Positions 48,271 through 58,115 of a stretch of DNA of 64,000 nucleotides are shown here, in pieces (the stretch's first letter is position 1; every line of letters starts with the position of its first letter). The notes under the pieces are model-generated. The model was not told the origin of the DNA and searched no databases. It saw only the letters and a list, made by a program, of their open reading frames with translations. The stretch is taken from the NCBI GenBank assembly GCA_018821925.1, contig JAHJLF010000053.1, positions 495-64,494 on the forward strand, in the 5' to 3' direction. A program made the translations under genes and the position numbers. The DNA comes from Candidatus Edwardsbacteria bacterium. GTDB lineage: Bacteria; Edwardsbacteria; AC1; EtOH8.

Positions 48271-48792
48271 TTATATCCTTTTAATTTTCCCCGCTGAGTT
48301 AATTGCGTTAATGAGTTGCTCCGGCTTCTGGGTCCCTATCAATATTTTTCTGCCATCGTTAAGAACCAATTGCAACCCCTGATTCCCTGAAACATTGTAG
48401 GCCAGCCCCCCGATACCCCGCTTGACCCCCCATCCACCGTATTCTATTATCGGCCGATAGGTGCGTGTGGTGTATTCTTTAATGTCCCTGAAATCAAAGA
48501 ATAGCTGCTGACGGTGGAAAGGTTTGAATTGCACTGATATTCCAAGGCTCTTGACGATGGTGATAAGCTTAAGCTTTGCAAACAAAATTATTATTCCCAT
48601 ACAGATCGCAGGGGCGATCAACACGCTAAAACCGTTTCCTGTTCTAAAGTTAACAGTTTGGTCCGGATTTAAAATGACAGCACCTAAAGGAAGGAGGACC
48701 GCAGCCGTCATCAATACGATTATTAACCAGAGCCAGGGCTGGGTAAAATACTGCTCTTCGCTAAAAATGGCAGGCTCAGCTTGTTGTTCCAT
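48271..48792 (-). CDS. DUF6141-like membrane protein
   Basis: 'FSEEQYF.Q.WLW', '[11 protein letters not shown]', '[12 protein letters not shown]'. Confidence 0.7.
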   Translation of the reverse strand: MEQQAEPAIFSEEQYFTQPWLWLIIVLMTAAVLLPLGAVILNPDQTVNFRTGNGFSVLIAPAICMGIIILFAKLKLITIVKSLGISVQFKPFHRQQLFFDFRDIKEYTTRTYRPIIEYGGWGVKRGIGGLAYNVSGNQGLQLVLNDGRKILIGTQKPEQLINAINSAGKIKRI

Positions 48793-49186
48793 CTTTTTTC
48801 TTTCCCTTTAACAATTCGGCCTTCTTCTTGCGATATTCTTTACCATTTTCCCTTCGCTCCCTTTTGAGCACCGGGCGGCTGGTCTCGTCGATTACCCAGT
48901 TAAGGAACGGAACGTATCCGTCCTTCATCTTCCACATTACGATCTGGGGAACCTTGTCGGAGTGCAACTGTTTGATGCGTGATTCTATCCGTTTGTAGAA
49001 ATTCCGCTCGGCCTGGAAGAATACCGCCCATTCGGCGCGTTGTTCGATCTTGCCCTGCCAGCGGAAAAGAGACTCGGCCTGGACGATATTGGCCCCGGCC
49101 ACCAACTGCTCCTCCAGCATGGTGCGGGCCGTTTTCTCGGCCAGCTCCCGGGAAGGAAAGGTGGAATAGATGATGATACAATTCAT
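48776..49186 (-). CDS. cutA: Divalent-cation tolerance protein CutA (divergent)
   Basis: 'TFPSRELAEKTAR..LEEQLVAGANI', 'SLFRWQGKIE', 'LHSDKVPQI', 'FLNWV'. Confidence 0.75.
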   Translation of the reverse strand: MNCIIIYSTFPSRELAEKTARTMLEEQLVAGANIVQAESLFRWQGKIEQRAEWAVFFQAERNFYKRIESRIKQLHSDKVPQIVMWKMKDGYVPFLNWVIDETSRPVLKRERRENGKEYRKKKAELLKGKKKDGTTS

Positions 49187-49887
49187 GGTTTTATCTCTAC
49201 TAATTCAACAAAAGGTTCTGTTTTAAAGTCTTTATAGTCGTCAGCGGTATCTTCAGGATAATCAATTTCATTATGAAATCTTAATACATTACCTTTCCAG
49301 CTATAACCATAATACTTATCTCTGTTATTCAAAGTATCGCTGAATATAATACAATCTTTTTCAATTGGCCAAAAATCTTTGATTATTTCATATTTATAGC
49401 CTTGGGTTGGCCAATTGGTGCTGCCATCCGGCTCAAAATAATAAACGTTGCCAGATTTGTCATTATACTTACCAGCTATAACAATTTTATTTATAAATTC
49501 ATCAATGGGTTCATTTAACCTTATAAAAATATTATGATCATAGAATGAAAACATAATTTTATTGCAGCTGTCTTTATCTAAGATGTATACCGTATCATTT
49601 GTTTTTCCTTGTATTGTATATACATATGGTTTATTTGTTAAACATAGTTCTTCAATATCATTACCGAAAGAATCATGAAATTTGTTAAGTCCATTTATAC
49701 CACCATTTATTATTTCAATATTTGAGATTTTAGTGGTTTTTGTTGCTTCATAAGTAGAGCGGGTGCTATATAATATATCTATCAAATCCTTATTTAACCA
49801 GGCTCCATTTAATTTATCTGAAGGCATTGTTCTTTGAATGCAAGAAGTAACGCAGATCAATGAAATAATAATTACAAAGTGTCTCAT
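49183..49887 (-). CDS. Hypothetical lipoprotein (AT-rich insert)
   Basis: Lipobox 'VTSC'; much lower GC than flanks. Confidence 0.7.
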   Translation of the reverse strand: MRHFVIIISLICVTSCIQRTMPSDKLNGAWLNKDLIDILYSTRSTYEATKTTKISNIEIINGGINGLNKFHDSFGNDIEELCLTNKPYVYTIQGKTNDTVYILDKDSCNKIMFSFYDHNIFIRLNEPIDEFINKIVIAGKYNDKSGNVYYFEPDGSTNWPTQGYKYEIIKDFWPIEKDCIIFSDTLNNRDKYYGYSWKGNVLRFHNEIDYPEDTADDYKDFKTEPFVELVEIKP

Positions 49888-49906
49888 TGTATAAAACCTT
49901 TTAATA

Positions 49907-50608
49907 TTATTTAATCAGTCCCTTCTCTATCCTCACCACATCTCCCACCAATTCTACCTTGCCGTCCCGGACCACCATCCCGTCCCCGTCCCGGCAGGCG
50001 TAAACCGTGGCCTTGTTCTCGATTGAGAACCGCTTGACGTCCTCCAACCTATCCTCCCGCTGATTCCAGTGCGGCAGGAAATGAAAATCCACCAGGCCAA
50101 CGGCGTGATGCTGGTCCGTCCGTGATTTATAGAAGACATGCGAGATGTTGATGCTGGGCGTAAGCACTATGGCCCCGGCGCTGATGCCCAGGAGTATCCC
50201 TCCATCATTCAGATATTTTTTCAGCACCGGCCCGAACTTTCTTTTACGGATGGAGCCCAGAAACTGGAATGGATCCCCTCCCGACAGATGTATGGCATCG
50301 CAAGCCAGTAGTTCATCCGTCAGGGCCGAATCGTATTCCTTGTTCAGATCGAAATATAAAAGATCCTCTATGCCGTACCTTTTATAATACTCGCATTTCT
50401 CGCGATAATATCTCCGGGTACCGTCCGAGGCCGAGGGAATGTAGGCCAGCTTCAGCCGGTCTTTGTTCACCATCTCCAGAAACCGCCTGTCCAGCCTTTC
50501 ATTCTCCGGTATCACCTGGTCGCTATAGAATATGATGGCTCCGTGTTTATTGGCCTTCTCACTCATCGCCGGAAACTCTTCGGGGCATCGGCTGTTCCCA
50601 AACATCAT
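49907..50608 (-). CDS. Peptidase S51 / peptidase E-like (class I glutamine amidotransferase fold); real start probably MSEKANK
   Basis: 'YIPSAS', 'LSGGD', nucleophile GISAG, 'FLPH'. Confidence 0.85.
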   Translation of the reverse strand: MMFGNSRCPEEFPAMSEKANKHGAIIFYSDQVIPENERLDRRFLEMVNKDRLKLAYIPSASDGTRRYYREKCEYYKRYGIEDLLYFDLNKEYDSALTDELLACDAIHLSGGDPFQFLGSIRKRKFGPVLKKYLNDGGILLGISAGAIVLTPSINISHVFYKSRTDQHHAVGLVDFHFLPHWNQREDRLEDVKRFSIENKATVYACRDGDGMVVRDGKVELVGDVVRIEKGLIK

Positions 50609-51380
50609 TGGTAAACGCCTGCTCTGCGGCCATGGATGAGAACTTTATTCTAAGACCGGTCTGGTCCCGGTAGGAAAACACCTCCACCGCATGCGGCCGA
50701 AAACTGTTGTTGAACGGCCTCCAGTCGCCATAGCTGATGCTGTATTCCGGCTTTCCCGCGATATCCCGTTTATAATCCACGATCCGCGCGTTCTGCTGAT
50801 CCAGCCGGTATGTTATGTTGGTATCTCTTTTGGTAAAGATAAAAAGAAAGAACTTATCGGCATCCTGGGCTATGGAATACTGGCCAGTCTCCAGCGGCGG
50901 CCGGCCCTGCATGACCTCCAAAAGTCGTTCGATTCCGATCCCGGCCGCTTTTTCCGCCATCGAATCGACGCCCGATATGGTGCCGTTGATATACAGAGAT
51001 TTAAGGGGAACATTCAGCCAAGCGGTTTCCCCGGAAATGCAGGCCGAGGCCAGGCCGATTCCAAAAAATCCGGAGATGTCTATCCTGATATGCCGGCTGC
51101 CCTCCTGGCGCCAGACGAAGTTCAGGGACTGGGTCAGCTTGGGCGAATCGTAGGTTATCTTTCCCTGGGCCGAGAATGGCTGGTCCTCTGTCTTGAATGA
51201 CGACCAGGCCCTGTTCCAAATGTCTTCCGGATCCTGTTTTTCCGCCCTTTTGACATGAGCACACCCGGCCATCAAGAAGCAAAGCGCTGCAATCGCTATG
51301 ATCTGGGATTTTAAAAATAAGCGGTTTCCGTAAGAATGTTTTTTACTCCGGAAACATTGAAATTTTGAAATAGTAAACAT
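50559..51380 (-). CDS. LolB/DUF4292-like lipoprotein
   Basis: Lipobox 'MAGC'; 'RIDISGFFG' LolB-like strand; follows the TPR gene. Confidence 0.6.
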   Translation of the reverse strand: MFTISKFQCFRSKKHSYGNRLFLKSQIIAIAALCFLMAGCAHVKRAEKQDPEDIWNRAWSSFKTEDQPFSAQGKITYDSPKLTQSLNFVWRQEGSRHIRIDISGFFGIGLASACISGETAWLNVPLKSLYINGTISGVDSMAEKAAGIGIERLLEVMQGRPPLETGQYSIAQDADKFFLFIFTKRDTNITYRLDQQNARIVDYKRDIAGKPEYSISYGDWRPFNNSFRPHAVEVFSYRDQTGLRIKFSSMAAEQAFTNDVWEQPMPRRVSGDE

Positions 51381-51461
51381 AGAAAAAATCAGAACTAAAG
51401 CCCTTTCTTTGTGGTTCCGTGTTTCAGTGGTTGGTATCGCAGAGGTCCCAATAATTTATTT

Positions 51462-53162
51462 TTATCTAGCTGCATCTATCTTTTCCTGTATCTTTTCCTT
51501 GCCTGGATCGAGCTCCAGGGACTTCTGCCATTGCTCAATGGCTTGCTGTTTTAAATTGAGCGATAGGTAGACGTCGCCCAGATGGTCCCTTAAAGTAGCA
51601 TCCTTGGGCAGGAGGCCGACCGCCTTCTCTAGGCTCTCTTTGGCCTCCTCGAAACGATCCATTTTATAAAACACCCATCCCATGCTGTCAATATAAAAGG
51701 CATTTTCCGGCTCGGCCTCCAGGGCTTTGGCGATCAGATCTTTGGCTTCCTCCAGGTTGATTCCCTTGTCGGCATACATATAGCCCAGATAATTCAGCAC
51801 GATGGCACTCTTGGGATTCAGCTCCAGCAGCTTTTTGAACATTGTTACTGCGTTATCAAAGCCCCCGCTGCGTTCATAGGCCACCGCCAGGCCGAACATC
51901 AGATCGGGGTCCTTGGGTTCCTTTCTGTACTGATTCTGAAAGAATGGAATGGCCTCCCGGTACTTTTCGGACAGGGAATACCCGGCGCCCATCAGCTGGT
52001 CCAGATCCTGTTTCAGACCGTAACGTCGGGCGTTCCGGTACGAGGCAGCGGCGGAATCCGGCTGACCCAGGGCCAAAAAACAATTGCCCAAGGCAACCCA
52101 ACCTTCGGCCATTTTTGGCAGCAAGCCAATGGTCCTCTGGAAATACCGTAGCGCCGGAGGGTAATCCTTTTGCTGAAAGCTTATCCGGGCCACGGTATAC
52201 AGCGCCTCGGTGTTATTGCTGTCGCTCTCCAGGACAGCCAGAAATTGCTCCTTGGCCGGCTGGAAAGCCTGCTGGTGGTAGAACAGCCGGGCCAGCTGCA
52301 AACGAAGACCGGCATTCCCCGGCTCCCTCTCCAGAATGATCATGGCCTGGCGGGCCGCCCACTGATACTGGTTTAGGGACAGCAGCAGGTTGAAGATATG
52401 TTTTTGGATGCTAAGATTTTCGGGATCCAGCCGGGCGGCGGTGCCGTAAAAATACAGGGCCGAATCCGGCTGCTGGCCCACCTCATAGATGGCTGCCAGC
52501 GATATCCAAGCCCTGATATTGGAAGAGTCCCGGCCTATTATCTGCCGGTAGATCTCTTTGGCCGGTTCGCTCTGCTTATCGCGCATCAGCATCGAGCCCA
52601 GCTGCATCGCTATGTTCGGATCGCTGGTCTGCCGGACTATGTTTTCCATAACGGTGATGGCCGAATCGCGGCGGCCCAGGGCCTCGTAAAGCCCGGCGGT
52701 GGTGATCGAGATATCGGGATTGTCCGGCTTTAGTTTGACCGCCGCCCGGTACTGTTCCAGGGAGAGCTCCAGCTCCCGGGCCATCATATAGGCGTTGCCC
52801 AGCATCAGGCGGTTATCGGGGTTTCCCGGCTCCAATCTGACCGCCCGGCGGGCATAAAGGATCGCCAGGGTGTCGTTGCCCAGCTGGTAGTAGTTCTGGG
52901 AGATCAGCAGATTGAGCAGGGCCGACCCCTTATCCAGCCTTAAGGAGCTCTTGTAAAGTTTGATGGCCTGTCTGCTTTGGCCATCCTGCTCCAGCATGGC
53001 AGCCTGCATCACCTGGTCCATCACCGTCAATTGCGCCTGCTCCGGGCTGAGCATCTGGCGCTTGGCGCAGCCGGCCGAAAGGATCATCAATATGATCAAT
53101 AATTTTCTCAATATAAAAACCTCTCTACAAAGATACAAAGGCAAAGCCGGAAAATAAAACAT
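51462..53162 (-). CDS. TPR-repeat lipoprotein
   Basis: Lipobox 'SAGC'; many TPRs; 'LNYLGY', 'DSMGWV', 'DHLGDVY'. Confidence 0.88.
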   Translation of the reverse strand: MFYFPALPLYLCREVFILRKLLIILMILSAGCAKRQMLSPEQAQLTVMDQVMQAAMLEQDGQSRQAIKLYKSSLRLDKGSALLNLLISQNYYQLGNDTLAILYARRAVRLEPGNPDNRLMLGNAYMMARELELSLEQYRAAVKLKPDNPDISITTAGLYEALGRRDSAITVMENIVRQTSDPNIAMQLGSMLMRDKQSEPAKEIYRQIIGRDSSNIRAWISLAAIYEVGQQPDSALYFYGTAARLDPENLSIQKHIFNLLLSLNQYQWAARQAMIILEREPGNAGLRLQLARLFYHQQAFQPAKEQFLAVLESDSNNTEALYTVARISFQQKDYPPALRYFQRTIGLLPKMAEGWVALGNCFLALGQPDSAAASYRNARRYGLKQDLDQLMGAGYSLSEKYREAIPFFQNQYRKEPKDPDLMFGLAVAYERSGGFDNAVTMFKKLLELNPKSAIVLNYLGYMYADKGINLEEAKDLIAKALEAEPENAFYIDSMGWVFYKMDRFEEAKESLEKAVGLLPKDATLRDHLGDVYLSLNLKQQAIEQWQKSLELDPGKEKIQEKIDAAR

Positions 53163-53203
53163 CGTCTATTGTTCCGGCTTGCTAAACGCGATATTGTCGG
53201 ATC

Positions 53204-53965
53204 CTAAAAATTATAGGTGGCGCCTTCCATGGCCAGCCGGATCTGCGAGTTCTTCAGCCGGGCGATCTCCTTCTGCACCTCCTCCACGAACATGGCTTTG
53301 ATATGGAAGACATAGAACGGCACCTTCAGCCCCGATTTGTTTATCTCCTGCAGCAGGGCGTGCGGCGTAAGATGGCCCGACAGGTCGGCCAGCCCGTGAA
53401 GCCGGTTGGGGAACGAGGTCTCTATCAGCACCCCCTTAAGGCCCCTGATCTTCTTGGCCTCCTTCCAGATCTTTTCGGTGGCCCGGGTGTCGGCGGTATA
53501 CAGCAGGGAGCTCTTGCCGTCGCTGATAATGAAGCCCACCGTCGGCACCGAGTGGCTGACCCGGATGGCCCGGATAGTGTACTTGCCCAGCTTCACCGGC
53601 TTTCCCTCGGCCATGGGCTTTAGCTTGAAGATGGCGTCCTTGCTGTTGGGAATGGAGGTGAAGTCCGGCCATACCTGATTGTTGAACAAATGCTCCTTGA
53701 GGCCATCCAGCACTTCAGGGATGCTCATGATCTGGATGGATTTGTTGAGGCTGCCCACCAGATTATCGGCCATCAGTAAAAGCCCCAGGCTGTGGTCGAT
53801 GTGGATGTGCGACAACAGGACCGCATCCAGCCTCAGCTGCTCGTCGAAGTCCAGCATGGAGGCAGCCGCTCCGGTGTCTATCAGGATGTTCTTGTCCAGC
53901 AGAAAGCTGGTCAAACCGAAACCGGGCAGTTTTGATCCCGAAGCTCCCAGGACCTTTAGTTTCAT
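53204..53965 (-). CDS. Class II 3',5'-cyclic nucleotide phosphodiesterase (MBL fold)
   Basis: 'VLGASG', HIHIDH, 'HLFNNQVWPDF', 'ETSFPNRL', 'GHLTP'. Confidence 0.85.
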   Translation of the reverse strand: MKLKVLGASGSKLPGFGLTSFLLDKNILIDTGAAASMLDFDEQLRLDAVLLSHIHIDHSLGLLLMADNLVGSLNKSIQIMSIPEVLDGLKEHLFNNQVWPDFTSIPNSKDAIFKLKPMAEGKPVKLGKYTIRAIRVSHSVPTVGFIISDGKSSLLYTADTRATEKIWKEAKKIRGLKGVLIETSFPNRLHGLADLSGHLTPHALLQEINKSGLKVPFYVFHIKAMFVEEVQKEIARLKNSQIRLAMEGATYNF

Positions 53966-54116
53966 CCCAGAACTCCTATAACATGATTATTAAAATCACT
54001 TATAAAAATCATCCGCCGGAGCTTTGTGAGCATCCCGGCAGATAACTCTTTGCAATAAATGTAACTTAAACCCATGGTAAAGTCAAGCATAAAATCAATT
54101 CTCTGTCTGGATATGC

Positions 54117-54662
54117 CTATCTGAAATACCGGCCTTTGCTGGGAAATTCCTTCAGATATTGCTCTTTGAGTGGCTGAGGTACTTTGGGCGTCCGCCTCAG
54201 GGCCGGATCGATCAATCTCCGCCAGAATGACCTTACCCCCGGAGCCAGTGGCCGGCGGCAGGTGAATGTCCCGCAGCAGTTTTGGCTGCCGCAATGACAT
54301 TCAAAGCCCCAATCCTTATCATAGAATACCCGGTAATCGTAGGTGGCCTCCTGGCCTTTTTTGATGTCCCGGACCACCACGTCGAACCCCTTTCCGGTAT
54401 CCAGGATATTGGGATCGCAGGAATGGTTCATGTAAACGGAATTACCGCAGGGATTGATCACCGAGCCGTCCCGGCGGGTGTAGGCATGAAATAGCAGTTT
54501 TTCCTTTTGGGCTTTGCTCATCTTTTCGAATTTGGCCCTAGGGATAACCGTGCATTGAGAGCATTCATAGAATACCACTGTTCCCCGGGGAATATCCTTT
54601 TTGGCAAAAAGGCCGTGCCCTTTGCCCCTGGTCTTTTTCAGGATGAATAGCGGCGCCAGCAT
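54117..54662 (-). CDS. SET-domain protein (putative lysine methyltransferase) with post-SET
   Basis: 'GHGLFA', NHSCDPN, 'EATYDY', CHCGSQNC. Confidence 0.88.
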   Translation of the reverse strand: MLAPLFILKKTRGKGHGLFAKKDIPRGTVVFYECSQCTVIPRAKFEKMSKAQKEKLLFHAYTRRDGSVINPCGNSVYMNHSCDPNILDTGKGFDVVVRDIKKGQEATYDYRVFYDKDWGFECHCGSQNCCGTFTCRRPLAPGVRSFWRRLIDPALRRTPKVPQPLKEQYLKEFPSKGRYFR

Positions 54663-54743
54663 TGATCCCTCTTAGTAGTGCGTCTTGAAATTCAGTATGA
54701 CTCAATATTGAAAATATAAGCCGACCGGTCGATCGGCTTGTTT

Positions 54744-55223
54744 TCATTCCTTCTCTTTGAACCCAAAATACTCCATCCACTCTTTCACATCTATCCTTCC
54801 GGGCTTCTCCTTATCTGCACCCCGCCGGGCCAGCTCCTGCTCCATCCGGTCCAGAAAGGTTTTGGAGCCGACCGTCTCCACCCGCCGGCCTTTCACGTAA
54901 TTCACAATCCCCCGGTCCGACGTGACCACCGTGATGGTTTTGCTTTTTTTCTGGATCTCAACTTTGTTCTTTATCACCTGGTCGGCATTCTGGGGAGGCC
55001 GGGAGAATACGATCCTGATTCCCCGTTTGGCGGAACATTTGTCCGTATGACCGTCGGCCCCGTCGAACACCACCGTGATATCATAGCCAAAAGTTTTTTT
55101 GTATCCTGCTAAAAGCTCTACTAAAAGCTCCCGGCCCTTTTGCTTGTCCTTGAGTAGGGCCGGGCGTATCCGGTCGGAGGCGAAGGCCAGATTGTAGCCG
55201 TCAATTATAATGGTCTTGGCCAT
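54744..55223 (-). CDS. NYN/YacP-like PIN-domain RNase
   Basis: 'IIDGYNL', 'VVFDG', 'ADQVI', 'VVTSDR'. Confidence 0.85.
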   Translation of the reverse strand: MAKTIIIDGYNLAFASDRIRPALLKDKQKGRELLVELLAGYKKTFGYDITVVFDGADGHTDKCSAKRGIRIVFSRPPQNADQVIKNKVEIQKKSKTITVVTSDRGIVNYVKGRRVETVGSKTFLDRMEQELARRGADKEKPGRIDVKEWMEYFGFKEKE

Positions 55224-55247
55224 TATGATAACATCTTTTGCTTACGA

Positions 55248-55910
55248 TCAAAGATCCTGTATGTTATGCCGGATATCCCTGCCCTGCACCACAAAGATCA
55301 CGTCCTCGGCGATGTTGGTGGCGTGGTCGCCGATTCGTTCCAAACTGCGGGTCACTAAAATAAGCTGTATGGCCCGGCTGATCGAGCCGGAATCCTTGGT
55401 CATGAATTCGGTCAGCTCGGCCACTATCTTGTCCTTCAGATCGTCCAGCTGGTCGTCCTGCATCAGCACCGCCTTGGCCTTGCTGACGTCGCGCTCCACA
55501 AAGGCGTTCAGGCTGTCCCGGACCATGTCGGTGGCGATGGCCACCATTTTGGGGATGTCTATCAGCGGCTTGAGTTGCGGCTCTTGAAGAAGTTTATTGA
55601 CCATCTCGCAGATGTTTATAGCCTGGTCTCCCAGCCGCTCCAGCTCGGTGTTGATCTTGGAGGCTCCCAGCAGGAAACGCAGGTCCCCGGCAGCCGGCTG
55701 GTACAGGGCGGTCAGCCTTAAGCAGTCCTCGTCTATGCTCACCTGAAGACTATTGACCTCCTTCTCCTGCTCATATATCTGATCCAGCTGGCCGGTGTTT
55801 CTTTCCACCAGGGCCGTGACCGCGCTGTCTATCATGGCCTCGGCCAGGGCCCCCATCTTCAGCAATTGTTGTTTCAACTGGTCCAGTTCGGTATCGAAAT
55901 GTCTTTCCAT
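55248..55910 (-). CDS. phoU: Phosphate signalling protein PhoU
   Basis: 'QPAAGDLR', 'ELERLGDQA', 'LERIGDHATNIAE'. Confidence 0.95.
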   Translation of the reverse strand: MERHFDTELDQLKQQLLKMGALAEAMIDSAVTALVERNTGQLDQIYEQEKEVNSLQVSIDEDCLRLTALYQPAAGDLRFLLGASKINTELERLGDQAINICEMVNKLLQEPQLKPLIDIPKMVAIATDMVRDSLNAFVERDVSKAKAVLMQDDQLDDLKDKIVAELTEFMTKDSGSISRAIQLILVTRSLERIGDHATNIAEDVIFVVQGRDIRHNIQDL

Positions 55911-56110
55911 TGGCGCTCCCTGATTTTAACGATTATGGGTATTCTCGGAAAAATAACTTGCCCGTTTTAAGTAGAAAAGTATTAAAGAAATAACGTGGAT
56001 TGACCTTTGCGCTCCCTTCGACCAGGCTCAGGGCATGCTTTGCGTCTTAGCGGTTCAAATATCATTGTCAATGCATCCGGCCGGATCATGTCAATCCTGT
56101 CTGAAAGAAT

Positions 56111-56866
56111 TCAACCATAGCGGCCGGTGATATAATCCTGGGTGCGGGCCTCCCTGGGGTTGGTGAAGATGTTGGCCGTCAGGTCAAACTCCACCATGTC
56201 GCCCAGCAGCATATAACCGGAGTATTCCGAGACCCGGGCCGCCTGCTGCATGTTATGGGTGACGATGACGATGGTGTATCGCTTGCACAGCTCCAGCATC
56301 AGCTCCTCCACCTTCATGGTGGCGATGGGGTCCAGGGCCGAACAGGGCTCGTCCATCAAGATCACCTCCGGCTCAACAGCCAACAGGCGGGCGATGCACA
56401 AACGCTGTTGCTGGTCCAGCGGCAGTTCCAGGGCCGGAGTGTCCAGCCTGTCTTTCAGATTTTCCCACAGCCAGGCTCCCTTCAGGCTGCGCTCCACCGT
56501 CTCAGAGATCCGGCCTTTGTCCCTGATCCCGGCCACCTTCAGCCCGTAGGCCACATTGTCGTAGACCGAGAGAGGGAAGGGGTTGGGCCTCTGGAATACC
56601 ATTCCCACTCTTTTCCGCAGCTCCGGTACATCGATGCCGTAGGAGTAGATATTGGCGCCGTCCAGCAGCACCCGGCCGTCTATTTTGACCCCGGCGATCA
56701 GGTCGTTCATCCGGTTGAGGCAACGCAGCAGGGTGGACTTGCCGCAGCCCGAGGGCCCGATCAGGGCGGTGATGGAATTTTCTCCGACCGGCATGTCCAC
56801 CGCTTTCAGCGCCTGGAACTTGCCGTAATGCAGGTTGAGCTTTTTTATTTCTATCTTGTTATTCAT
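56111..56866 (-). CDS. pstB: Phosphate ABC transporter ATPase PstB (degenerate signature motif)
   Basis: [39 protein letters not shown]; the signature reads LPLDQ. Confidence 0.92.
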   Translation of the reverse strand: MNNKIEIKKLNLHYGKFQALKAVDMPVGENSITALIGPSGCGKSTLLRCLNRMNDLIAGVKIDGRVLLDGANIYSYGIDVPELRKRVGMVFQRPNPFPLSVYDNVAYGLKVAGIRDKGRISETVERSLKGAWLWENLKDRLDTPALELPLDQQQRLCIARLLAVEPEVILMDEPCSALDPIATMKVEELMLELCKRYTIVIVTHNMQQAARVSEYSGYMLLGDMVEFDLTANIFTNPREARTQDYITGRYG

Positions 56867-56975
56867 TATACTTTTTATTTCTGCAATATCCTAATAATCA
56901 GTCCTGACAATTCACCAAGCTCAACAGAAAGATATGTTCATTATATTGTTCTGCTGTACTAACAAAAGGGAACAC

Positions 56976-57286
56976 CCCCGCTTTCTCTTATAACACCTCT
57001 CCCCTACCCCTCTCCTAAAGCATTAGGAGAGGGAAGGGTGAGGTCGGAAGTTTTAAGACCCGGCTTAACCTGTAATACTTACAGGTTAAGTAAAGTGGTT
57101 ATCAAGCGTTCAAATGGGGTCCGGGGGCACAGTGCGATTAAAGCACCAAACATTACATAACCGATCAGTACTTCATAGCGTGTGCCTTTTTCATCAAAAC
57201 CTTGTTATCTCTTAAGGCTGTCTATTAATCGTTAAGCCCTGTGCCCCCGGCGGGTCTTTCGCCCTTTCTGCCCGGACAGAAAGGGC
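56976..57286. repeat. Modular nested palindromic intergenic element, copy A
   Basis: Shares ordered modules with 59908-60371 (see findings). Confidence 0.8.
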
Positions 57287-57346
57287 AGAAAAATATTATC
57301 TTGGGCTTTGATTTCCTTAATTGGATTAAATTAACATGGTGCTGTC

Positions 57347-58111
57347 TCAGCCGAAACGGCCGGTGATATAATCGCTGGTCCTTTTGTCCTTGGGCACAGT
57401 GAACAGGTCTTTGGTCGGCCCGAATTCGATAAGCGAACCCATCAGGAAGAATGCCGTCTGGTCGGCCACCCGGGCCGCCTGCTTGGTATTGTTGGTAACC
57501 AGGATGATGGTGTACTTCTCCTTGAGGATGGTCAGGGCCTCCTCGATCTTAGCGGTGGAGATGGGGTCCAGCCCGGAACATGGTTCGTCCAGCAGGATCA
57601 CCTCCGGCTCCTGGGCCAGGATCCTGGCCAGACACAGCCGCTGCTGCTGTCCTCCGGACAGGCGCATGGCCGGGGAATTGAGGCGGTCCTTGACCTCGTC
57701 CCAGATGAAGGCTGATTTCAGGCTGGCCTCCACCAGCTGATCGAGTTTTTTCCGGTCGCCGATTCCCGACAGCCTGGGGCCGTAGACCACATTCTCGTAG
57801 ATGCTCTTGGGCAGGGGCACCGGCAGGGCGAACAGCATCCCCACCCTTTTACGAAGCGCCACCACATCGAAATTGGGGTGATAGATGTCCTGGCCGTCCA
57901 ATAGGATGCTGCCCTCTATCCGGAATCCGTGTACCAGATCGTTAAGCCGGTTCAGGCTGCGCAGGAAGGTGGTTTTGCCCGAGCCGGCCGGCCCGATGAT
58001 GCCCAGGATCTGCCGGGCCGGGATGTCCATATTGAGGGACATCAGCAATTGCTCCGGCCCGTAGAAGGCCTTGAGTTCCTTGGCAGATATTTTTATTGCG
58101 TTGCTCATCAT
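57347..58111 (-). CDS. pstB: Phosphate ABC transporter ATPase PstB, second copy (degenerate Q-loop and H-loop)
   Basis: GPAGSGKT, LSGGQQQR, DEPCSGLDP, YITGRFG; Q-loop reads LFALP and H-loop reads VTNN. Confidence 0.92.
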   Translation of the reverse strand: MMSNAIKISAKELKAFYGPEQLLMSLNMDIPARQILGIIGPAGSGKTTFLRSLNRLNDLVHGFRIEGSILLDGQDIYHPNFDVVALRKRVGMLFALPVPLPKSIYENVVYGPRLSGIGDRKKLDQLVEASLKSAFIWDEVKDRLNSPAMRLSGGQQQRLCLARILAQEPEVILLDEPCSGLDPISTAKIEEALTILKEKYTIILVTNNTKQAARVADQTAFFLMGSLIEFGPTKDLFTVPKDKRTSDYITGRFG

Positions 58112-58115
58112 GCTA

